Shown here: positions 55,602-64,000 of the stretch, one piece after another
How the letters are laid out: each line of letters starts with the position of its first letter
How positions within the stretch are numbered: the stretch's first letter is position 1
Source of the DNA: Corallochytrium limacisporum Hawaii
Taxonomy: Eukaryota; Protista; Pluriformea
Assembly (NCBI GenBank): GCA_002811645.1
Contig: PDIP01000113.1
Coordinates: 40,938 to 104,937 of the forward strand
DNA length: 64,000 nt
Direction: 5' to 3'
Notes under the pieces: generated by a model
What the model saw: the letters and a program-made list of their open reading frames with translations, nothing else
Database searches by the model: none
Told to the model about the DNA's origin: nothing
Made by a program: the position numbers and the translations under genes

Positions 55602-56174
55602 TTAGAGCATGACGCAGCAACTCTTCTTGCTGGACTTGGCGGCTGCTTCTTTGGCAGTGATCCTCATCTTGCGATAGCGACGAATCTCGCGGACCAAAGT
55701 AAAGAAGGAGTCTTCCACATTTTCACGGGTCTTGGCTGAAGTCTCCATGAAGGGCAATCCATACTTCTTTGCCAGTTCTCGACCCTCATTTGTGGGGACA
55801 ACACGTTCGTTTTCCAAGTCCTTCTTGTTGCCTGCTAATAACATGGGCACTTCATCTGCGTCTTTAACCCTGAGAATTTGGTCTCTAAAGTGTGCTATGT
55901 CGTCAAACGACTGCCGAGATGTGATAGAGTAAATAAGCAGGAAGCCCTCACCGGTGCGCATATACTGATCCCTCATGGCACTGTATTCTTCCTGGCCCGC
56001 AGTGTCCAGAATATCGAGCAAACATGTCTCATCGTCGACAGTGGTCTGTTTGCGATAGGAGTCCTCAATTGTAGGGTCGTACTCGTCGACGAAATGATTC
56101 TGAACGAGCTGAATAGTCATAGCAGACTTGCCCACACCACCACCACCGACAACAATGAGTTTGTATTCGGTCAT
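55602..56174 (-). CDS. RAS: Ras GTPase (H/K/N-Ras type)
   Basis: 190 aa with [17 protein letters not shown], effector loop [35 protein letters not shown] and CAAX CVML. Confidence 0.98.
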   Translation of the reverse strand: MTEYKLIVVGGGGVGKSAMTIQLVQNHFVDEYDPTIEDSYRKQTTVDDETCLLDILDTAGQEEYSAMRDQYMRTGEGFLLIYSITSRQSFDDIAHFRDQILRVKDADEVPMLLAGNKKDLENERVVPTNEGRELAKKYGLPFMETSAKTRENVEDSFFTLVREIRRYRKMRITAKEAAAKSSKKSCCVML

Positions 56175-57294
56175 GATTGCAAATATCCCAGAGTTTGTGT
56201 TAAAAATTTAAGAGCTCAGCTTTCCGATTTCACGAGAAACCGAAGTAGGCCACTGTTTGGGCGAAATCTACTTTCAAAACAGTTCAAACACCAATAATAA
56301 GCGACAGGACTGCCTTCTCCTGCCAGCACTGTAGAGGATTCACACGAAAACCCAGTTCTTGTGGAAGGTTGGAACTTGTCGTGTGCTTTCAGAGAACGAG
56401 TGGCAATACGAATACATTGATGAAGTACCTTCAAAGACTACATTCACCACCAAAACCATATTCATTTCACATGGTCCTCGTGCTTTCATCATAGACCGAC
56501 TAACAGTGCACCGTAACTAGAAACTCGTGTGCCCGTTTCAAAGCACTGGTTGAGAAGGTGAACGATAAGCCCCCTTCGGTCCGGTGCGGTGCCCGAATTC
56601 GTGGGTACGGGAGCAAGGAACAGCGACACCCCTCGCCGGCCCGCAGTGAAACCCAAAGTTACTCGCTGCCCGGGGGGGCTCAGCTACGAAAAATTTGCTG
56701 CGTCTGTGTGCCCTGGGCAAAAAGACGCTGGCCGCCCCCCCCCCTCCCTCCCTTCCATCTCCCTCTCTCGGGATCGGCCTGCTGAAGGTTTGGATGATAT
56801 CTTTTTCTGCAGTCGGTGCAGGATTTGCTTTGGTTACCACTCACCACCCAACCCCCCCCCCTTCCCCACTGGCGCAGGGGGAGGAGGGGCCCCTTCTTCC
56901 TCCGACTCACCCACTCCCGCTGGTTTGGTTGGGGCAAATGCCGGCCCCGGTAGTAAAAGTATGAAAATTCACCGAGAGTTTGGCGCGGCCGCCCCCCTCC
57001 CGGGGGGGGGGAGGCGGGTGAGTCAGATCTGTGGGGCAGTTGGATGGGCGGCTCGGTTCTGGTAGACACTTGCCCGTCCGAACGCGCAAGTTTTTGGTTG
57101 CTGGCCGCACAGGCGCCAACAACGACAAAAAGAATTAAAAAAAAAAAGCAGAAAGGAAAAGGAGGAAACCGAATCGGTGCGTCGGTGGCTACCGCAACGG
57201 CGGCGCACCGTAAAAGCCAAAAAGCCTTTTAGTATTTTTTTCCTTTCCTTCTTTCGCCGGCCTTGGCTCTGCTTTAGTTAATTTTGGCCCCCCC

Positions 57295-57516
57295 NNNNNN
57301 NNNNNNNNNNNNNNNNNNNNNNNNNNNNNNNNNNNNNNNNNNNNNNNNNNNNNNNNNNNNNNNNNNNNNNNNNNNNNNNNNNNNNNNNNNNNNNNNNNNN
57401 NNNNNNNNNNNNNNNNNNNNNNNNNNNNNNNNNNNNNNNNNNNNNNNNNNNNNNNNNNNNNNNNNNNNNNNNNNNNNNNNNNNNNNNNNNNNNNNNNNNN
57501 NNNNNNNNNNNNNNNN
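57295..57516. other. Assembly gap
   Basis: N-run flanked by C-runs. Confidence 0.99.
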
Positions 57517-57821
57517 CCCCGGGGCCCCCGGCCCGCTACGCTGGAGAGAGAGAGAGAGAGGAGAGAGGGGCTGTCTGTGGAATACAGATCGCTGATTGGT
57601 TGTAGGGCAAGGGAGTAAGTATTTTATATCTATACAAGTGGATAACACGGGGCCGGGGGAGGTCGGGGCCTGCAGAAGACTTTGAAGTCTTTGTCAACGC
57701 AATGCCATCAGAAGCGTGGATTCTACGGTTAGTCTGATTGAAGGTTACCACTCTGACGAAAAAAACGAGCTTTTTTGTCAAGTGGATTACGACTTAGTTG
57801 CACTGCCGTACGATGTTCATT

Positions 57822-60800
57822 CTACAGCCAGCCCTGGAACGATCGATCTTGGTCGACCTCCTCAGTGCTTTGCATGGGCAGCTGTTCCAGCTCCTTACCA
57901 CCGTCCCGGTTCAAAGAGTCCCAATTGATGGTCCTGAAGTAGCTGTGATGCATCAGGTCCGACTCATCACCAGTGGAGCCAAGGCGCCTCTTCGGATCGC
58001 GGATCAGGAGACCCTGCAATAACTTTGATGCATCCTTGGACAACATCTTGGGGAAGTATATCTCTCTGTTCCGGATCTGATCAAAGAGGGCATTGCGATC
58101 GTCGGCAAGGAAGGGTGGCCTGCCAACCAGTAGCGTGTAAAGAATCATTCCTACAGCCCACCAGTCGATACCTTTGCCGTAGGGTTCACCCATGAGCATT
58201 TCAGGAGCCATGAAAGCAGGAGTACCAACAATCTGACCTTGGCAATTGTCTTTGTTGTCGGCTAGATCCTGGATAGGCACCGCCAGACCGAGGTCCGCAA
58301 GCTTCAGAGTCTTCTTCCTGGAGATGAGGATGTTGTGCAGGGCCAAGTCCCGGTAAACCAGTCCTTGAACATGAAGATAGTGGAGCACGCTGACCAGCTG
58401 TGCAATCAACGGCTTGGCGTACTTGTCCTTGAGAGCATTCTCAGGCGAGTCGGGAATGCCAAGGTATCCACAGTCTGCAACTTCCATCATGATGTACACA
58501 TTCGCTTCACTTTCGAATGCACGGTGCACGCTGATGAGATGCGGGTGGTCGAAGTCCATACAGATTCGGGCTTCTCGACGGGCATCTTCCAAGGCTTTCA
58601 GGTTCTTGCCCTTCTTAATAACCTTGACTGCGCACTCCGATCCATCTGCAGAGGCCTTGGCCAAGAAGACTTGACCAAAACTACCTACACCGAGCCACCT
58701 TTCAAATGAGTAATCTCTTCCCAAATGCTTTAGTCTGTTGGCACCGACCAATGGAAGTTCTCCGTCACTACAGGCTACAAGATCTCCGTCTTCTTCATGA
58801 AATTCGACATCGACTGCGTGAACATGCACTCCATTGTTCATTGGTCCTTCTTCCTCTGGAATATCATTCAACTCGTGGTCATCAGTATCCTCCAGCTCTC
58901 CGTAAATGGCAACCATGATAGTGGTGTTGTCAGGGGAGCCCCACGCCCAAGCACCATCGCAAAGGGCGTCAGCAACGGCTTGTGCAACTCCACTACCACT
59001 GGTATGTTCTGGGACATGAGATGCAGCCTCCTGTGCACACATGTACGCTCCATGGGGGGAGAAAGCATCCCACAAACCATCCGATGAAACAATTAACATC
59101 ATTGATTCCTTGAGGCGCTCAGGATTTAGTTGTAGAGCCTCTCCATTCTGATTCTTGACCACCACATCCACCGATTTCAGTGAAGGCTCAGGAGAAACAG
59201 AGGGATAGAACTCAAAGTCACCGATACTACGTCCCACAGCGAGGTAGCCCTGCACGCGCACGTCGGATGAGATGTATCCGCCGGCGCGGCGAATGCGTGC
59301 ATGCTCAGCATCATTGTTTGGATAGTGTTTGGTGCTCATACTGTGAACCCATGGGTGCGCCGCTTCAGTGTCAAGCGTGTGGGTCTCTTGCAATATCCCA
59401 GAAGAACAGTACAGCACTGCTTCACAGTCGCCGACATTTATAGTATGGACTCGGACAGTCCCTTCGTCAATTGGTTCAAACAGACATGCGGCCATGGTTG
59501 ATCCAGAAGTGCTTGCATCTCGTGCCTGCAAGATTTCTTTGATAGTACCCTCCTTGTTGATGGTATGGATGCGCAATTCACGAAGGCTCTCCGACACTGC
59601 TCCTATGCATTGATAAGTCGTCAGTGCCAGGCAAGTGGATGCCGTGACCTCCGTCAGTTCGCCCAAATTCTGTTCCAGCTGCGTTGGGAACACATCACAC
59701 AGTGTTTCAACAGCATCGGAACCACCATGGCCATCAAAGACGGCCATCAGCCAACAGCCGCGTGGCAGATTGTAGGACACAGCACTTCGGTCTTCCATGT
59801 AATTACGCATACCGATGGAATTGCTGACCCCAAAATGTAACTTCTTCGCGAAGACATCAGGAACGTCCTTACTCGAGCCCGGAAACACAGAAATTGGACA
59901 CCTGGGGCATACCGCCTTTGGAATCGACTGGCGCAGGGATTCCGCGTGAGACTCACAGTCGTAGATGTCTTCAGAGCCAGTCTGATTGCAGTGCTCTGTC
60001 AGCATTAGATGTCTAAGGGACCTCAGCTTGCAAATATCTACAGAGAATGACTTCCAAGGGTTACCGTAGCCCCTCAGCTGCCTCAAAGCTTGGAAGCCCT
60101 CGACGCATCCGGGAAGTTCCGTAATGAGATTGTGTGACACATCAAGAGTGCCCAGAATGGGGAAGTACTGAGGGGAGACGCCGTCCCAAAGTGCGTCATC
60201 AAGCCGGTTACAAGCCAGGTAAATTTCCTTGATAGACTCTGGCAGAGTCAGCAACGGGAAACTGTACAATTGGTTGGAAGTGAAGTTGACAATGTCGAGG
60301 CAGTGGAATTGTCCCAGCCAATCAGGAACACGGTCCAGGCGATTTCCCTGTAACTCCAAGCGTGCCAGGGGTGCCAGTTTTGTATTCGGCAGCTCCTCTG
60401 GCAGAGACGAAATTTCATTATCCGCGAGTCCCAACCACTTCAGCCGCGGCATTGTGAACAGATCTACAGGCAGGTCCTTGATCTTATTTCGCCACAGGAA
60501 CAAGCTTTCCAAAGCACGGAATTGCTCACCCAAAGTTCGCGGTATAGACACAATGCGACAGGAGGTGCAATTCAAGTGCCGCACCATGGGGCATGCACTA
60601 AGATTGGCCAGGCTTGCAACGTTACTATTGCTTAGGTTGAGTTTCATCAGCTTCGCGCCAGCCAGCTTAACATCCTTTAAAGCCGCGCCACTGAAGTCCA
60701 ACTCCAACACATTGTCTACTTCCGGCAAGTGAACAAGACTGATCCGATTGTAGCTAAGATTCAGAGACTGGAGTGTTGGGCAGCGCAGCACAAGCTCATC

Positions 60801-62312
60801 GGGGAAGTCAATAATTGCATTGTTCCTAAGGTCAACCGTTCTCACATGGTTCAGACGGCTCCATCCCGAGACCCCGGAATTAACGATTGCATTGCCCGAG
60901 AGTGTCAGCTTATCTAATTTCGGGATATTGAAGATGACGTCAGGAATGTGCTCAAGCACGTTGTAGCTCACATTGAGATTCCTCAGTGCCGGCATGTCAC
61001 TCAACCCTTCGGGCAGATCTTTCAGACCATTGGCCATGAAATTGATGGCTGTTATGGTCTTGGGCAATGCCATACATGCCGCGTCGTCAAGCGTTTGCAG
61101 CCCACAAGACGATATATCCAACACCTTCAAATTCGGAGACAGGAACTTTAGGTTACGAGGAATGCGTGTCAACGGATTCCTCGAGATCAGCATGCTGTGA
61201 ACGGCGCTCAAAAATTGATAAATACTCTGTGTCTGCTCCCCGTTGCCATTCTCTAGTTTCCCCTCGTCATTGTTCCCTTCCAGGGCTTCAAATGACTCCA
61301 CAGTCAAACAGTTGTCCTGGACATGCAAGCGCTTAATGCGAAATTCCCCGAAATTATTCGCGGACACAACGTTCTCGATCAACACCTTTAGATCAGCAAG
61401 CCCAAGCAGCGCCGCGGGATCCATGAGGTTCCGTGCATTGACCTGGTATCTGCAATCCTTGGTCTGCAGTTCTGCGAGTGCCATGAACTTATTGTAAGCC
61501 TTGCCTGGCTCTGTGACGAACGTGCGTGTAACACTATTGTTTTTGCCATTCTTAACTTCTTTTCCGAGCAGTTTGATATCAAACTTGTTGTCCTTCCTAG
61601 AGTCTTTCGAAATCACCACACTGGACCACGGATAGGTGGCCTGCGTGATCCCACCCTTTGACGATTCCGTGTTGATGGCCTCAATGGAGAGCCACAGATT
61701 GGTTGCTCGCAGACGCCGCTTGCAACTCTTTTTCTTCTTCCAAAATATAACTCCGCCGTGTGTTGTAACCTCCTCGTCTGCAAAGATGAGAAGCGACTCC
61801 AGCTCATACTCCGATAGTGACAAGGCGCCAAGGCTGTTCCGAGAGTCCAAACCCGAGACCTCGTCTGGAGCAGGTACGTTGTTGTATAGATTCACACCAT
61901 TCTGCCGAGTCGGTAGAGTTGTACTGAAAACCAGAAGATTGGCAACAGCGTTCTGACAACGGTGCAGGAGGTCTGTGTCTCCACCGAGGTGTCGCACCAG
62001 TCCGATCAGGACAAGGTACTGCCTGTACAATTGCAGGGGTCGCTCGTCATTGGTAAGTTGCCGGGCAGACACAAAATTCCCACTGACATACAACTCACCA
62101 GTCAATGGGGTGTTTGTTTCATCAGAGATCTTTTTGCTAACTTGTTCTGTGGTGTCTGTGATGTCGATGTCTACAAATGCAAGTTTCTTTCCATACCGCG
62201 CAGGAATGGTTCCGACGTTCGAGAATCCAGCACTCTCGTATCCCTTTCTCAGACCGGTGTCTTCAAAGAGGCGGCTTAATTGAAACGCCATTTTTGAAGA
62301 CGTGTTGCTCAA
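57822..62312 (-). CDS. PHLPP/Cyr1-like multidomain protein: RA-like, possible PH-like, LRR array, PP2C phosphatase, C-terminal AGC-type protein kinase
   Basis: Single 1496-aa ORF. RA-like: RQLTNDERPLQL. LRRs: many LxxLxLxxN repeats. PP2C: RNYMED, VFDGHGG, SGST, NVGD, LAVGRSIGD, SDGLWD, GSPDN. Kinase: GVGSFG, AVKV, YRDL, DLG, GTPAFMAPE, DWWAVG, RDPKRRLG, FRTINW. Confidence 0.9.
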   Translation of the reverse strand: MSNTSSKMAFQLSRLFEDTGLRKGYESAGFSNVGTIPARYGKKLAFVDIDITDTTEQVSKKISDETNTPLTGELYVSGNFVSARQLTNDERPLQLYRQYLVLIGLVRHLGGDTDLLHRCQNAVANLLVFSTTLPTRQNGVNLYNNVPAPDEVSGLDSRNSLGALSLSEYELESLLIFADEEVTTHGGVIFWKKKKSCKRRLRATNLWLSIEAINTESSKGGITQATYPWSSVVISKDSRKDNKFDIKLLGKEVKNGKNNSVTRTFVTEPGKAYNKFMALAELQTKDCRYQVNARNLMDPAALLGLADLKVLIENVVSANNFGEFRIKRLHVQDNCLTVESFEALEGNNDEGKLENGNGEQTQSIYQFLSAVHSMLISRNPLTRIPRNLKFLSPNLKVLDISSCGLQTLDDAACMALPKTITAINFMANGLKDLPEGLSDMPALRNLNVSYNVLEHIPDVIFNIPKLDKLTLSGNAIVNSGVSGWSRLNHVRTVDLRNNAIIDFPDELVLRCPTLQSLNLSYNRISLVHLPEVDNVLELDFSGAALKDVKLAGAKLMKLNLSNSNVASLANLSACPMVRHLNCTSCRIVSIPRTLGEQFRALESLFLWRNKIKDLPVDLFTMPRLKWLGLADNEISSLPEELPNTKLAPLARLELQGNRLDRVPDWLGQFHCLDIVNFTSNQLYSFPLLTLPESIKEIYLACNRLDDALWDGVSPQYFPILGTLDVSHNLITELPGCVEGFQALRQLRGYGNPWKSFSVDICKLRSLRHLMLTEHCNQTGSEDIYDCESHAESLRQSIPKAVCPRCPISVFPGSSKDVPDVFAKKLHFGVSNSIGMRNYMEDRSAVSYNLPRGCWLMAVFDGHGGSDAVETLCDVFPTQLEQNLGELTEVTASTCLALTTYQCIGAVSESLRELRIHTINKEGTIKEILQARDASTSGSTMAACLFEPIDEGTVRVHTINVGDCEAVLYCSSGILQETHTLDTEAAHPWVHSMSTKHYPNNDAEHARIRRAGGYISSDVRVQGYLAVGRSIGDFEFYPSVSPEPSLKSVDVVVKNQNGEALQLNPERLKESMMLIVSSDGLWDAFSPHGAYMCAQEAASHVPEHTSGSGVAQAVADALCDGAWAWGSPDNTTIMVAIYGELEDTDDHELNDIPEEEGPMNNGVHVHAVDVEFHEEDGDLVACSDGELPLVGANRLKHLGRDYSFERWLGVGSFGQVFLAKASADGSECAVKVIKKGKNLKALEDARREARICMDFDHPHLISVHRAFESEANVYIMMEVADCGYLGIPDSPENALKDKYAKPLIAQLVSVLHYLHVQGLVYRDLALHNILISRKKTLKLADLGLAVPIQDLADNKDNCQGQIVGTPAFMAPEMLMGEPYGKGIDWWAVGMILYTLLVGRPPFLADDRNALFDQIRNREIYFPKMLSKDASKLLQGLLIRDPKRRLGSTGDESDLMHHSYFRTINWDSLNRDGGKELEQLPMQSTEEVDQDRSFQGWL

Positions 62313-64000
62313 TAGAGATCCATGTCAATATGATGCTCCTCTTTCCCTTGGTTATGGACATGCTAGGGTGCGTCTCCGGCATGCAATTCCCAGTATATGA
62401 TCCTTTCTACCCTTCGAAGTACCCAATAACGGGCTCGCTGCGGTGTTCATCCATTCGATGGTTGTGTCCATGAGTCGAACGAGAAGGGTGTCAACCGTTG
62501 AAGAAGTGGCGAGATGCTGCGCGGATTTTGCCTGGTGCATCGTATCAATCGGTGCAGGCTCCTCTGTTCTCTGCTTATCTCCCCCCCCCGGTTCCCTCCC
62601 TCCCTTTCGTCTCACTCTGTGTGCGTTTCGGTACGTGTTGGGAGAGAGTGTATCGAGCGGTATTGGGTCTCAATCGTTAGTTTCCTCCCTTCCACCTATG
62701 ACTTGAGGAGAAAGCGGACACGAAACCAATTTATCGTAATTTGCACGTCATTTGTGTCTCTCTGGCCCTTGCGCCCTTGTTGGAATTCAAACTTTTCCCT
62801 TATATTTTTCTTCACCGTTGGTCCCCTAGATTTTCCGCTTTGTCATTTCTTTGTTGCGCTATCCACCACTCTTCACCCCCCCCCCCGGCTTACTCAGCGT
62901 CGACCCAATTTTTGACTCCCGGGCGCGCTATGAGCTCGAAAGGGGCGGGAGAACTGATAGCCAGAGTTAAGATAAGAAAATAAGGAGGTACGGGCATAAC
63001 CTTCGAATGAGTTACCCTTCGATACGGTGTGTGTGGCCCTTGGCCGGACCTAATAAAAGCAAAATAGAAATAACCCACCTCCCCCCCCCACTCCCCGGCT
63101 CGTTCTTTCCTTCACCTTCGCCTCCTTACCCACTGCGAGTCACTACCGTCGATATCGCTCCGCTGCTGCTACTCGGGAAAAAAATGGTATAACGAAAAGC
63201 ATTTAAAGCAAAGCAGAAAGGACACCCTGCCGGGAGAGGGGGGGAAGGGCAAGAAGGGAGAGAGGAAAGGAACGGAGTGGCGGTGGTGTGGTTTCCGGTA
63301 TTTTTTTTTTTGCTACAAAGGGCGATTCATCACCCCAGACAAGCAAGTCAGCTGAGCGGTGAGCGATACATGGGAACCAATGAATACGCAAGGATCTTGC
63401 CCGGAGGCACCAGCGTCTTACGCTGGAAAAAGAGGGAGGGAAGCACCGTGGTCGACCCCGCGAGGAGGGGGGGGAGGGGATGTCTGGTTTCATCGGTCCC
63501 CTCACCTCCACCCCCCCCCCGCCTTTTCTTCCCAATTTGCCAAGAGAGAGCGGGTAGAAGGCAGGAAAAGAAAGAGAGAGAGTGAGACAGAGCCACGGAG
63601 CGAGGCGGGGAGCAGCGGGAGATAAGGGACAGCCGAGAGAACTCCCCGGAAGGGGGGGGGAGGGCAAACACACACAGCCAAGAAGGAACCCCAAGAAAAT
63701 ATTACAAAGAGAGCGGTGATACGCTAGGAAAAACCGTGGGGCGAGCCCCGGGGGGGGGGTGTCAACATTTTGGTTGTGCTCCCGCCGCGTAGCGGAGGGA
63801 GAGGAAGCGTCGAAGATTTGAAACCCTTCCGGTGTATTTTCCTTCGGGGTCCGGCGTAGGGGGACGCCCTGCGCGACGAGAGGAAGCGGGCCGGCCACGG
63901 GGTAAGGATGCAAAGCTCTTGGCTTGACCAGTTGGTAACGAACAAAGGATGGATGCAACTGGGTATGCACACCTCTTCAAGATGAACTCGTCCCCCCCCC

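Noticed and set aside
63203-63970. 255-aa minus-strand ORF at the window end
   Set aside because: Pro/Leu/Ser-rich translation of purine-rich, homopolymer-laden intergenic sequence with no domain.
1-64000. CRISPR arrays, rRNA, spliceosomal snRNAs, transposase/RT genes, alternative genetic code
   Set aside because: None of the diagnostic motifs were seen, and conserved genes end at TAA, TAG and TGA as in the standard code.

Overview
This is eukaryotic nuclear DNA. It is gene-dense and almost intron-free, with long single-exon ORFs up to 1496 aa, GA/CA/TCTG microsatellites and three N-gaps. The gene set combines a beta-arrestin-like protein, C9orf72, PPP4R1, TMX2, TMEM62, EMC2, NAE1, Ras and an INTS9-like protein with an aspartokinase and a stand-alone response regulator. 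That mix suggests a unicellular relative of animals; an intron-poor holozoan such as Corallochytrium would fit, but this is inference only. The most striking observation is a tRNA-Leu(CAA) gene (14516-14630, minus strand). It lacks the canonical 37/38 intron but carries a 32-nt intron in the T-loop (position 59/60), flanked by a perfect archaeal-type bulge-helix-bulge (BHB) motif. Other notable items are an RA-LRR-PP2C (PHLPP/Cyr1-like) protein fused to an atypical AGC kinase beside a Ras gene, a bacterial-looking secreted FG-GAP protein in a ~15 kb gene-poor island, and an SRP (7SL) RNA. All homology calls come from recalled motifs, not database searches.
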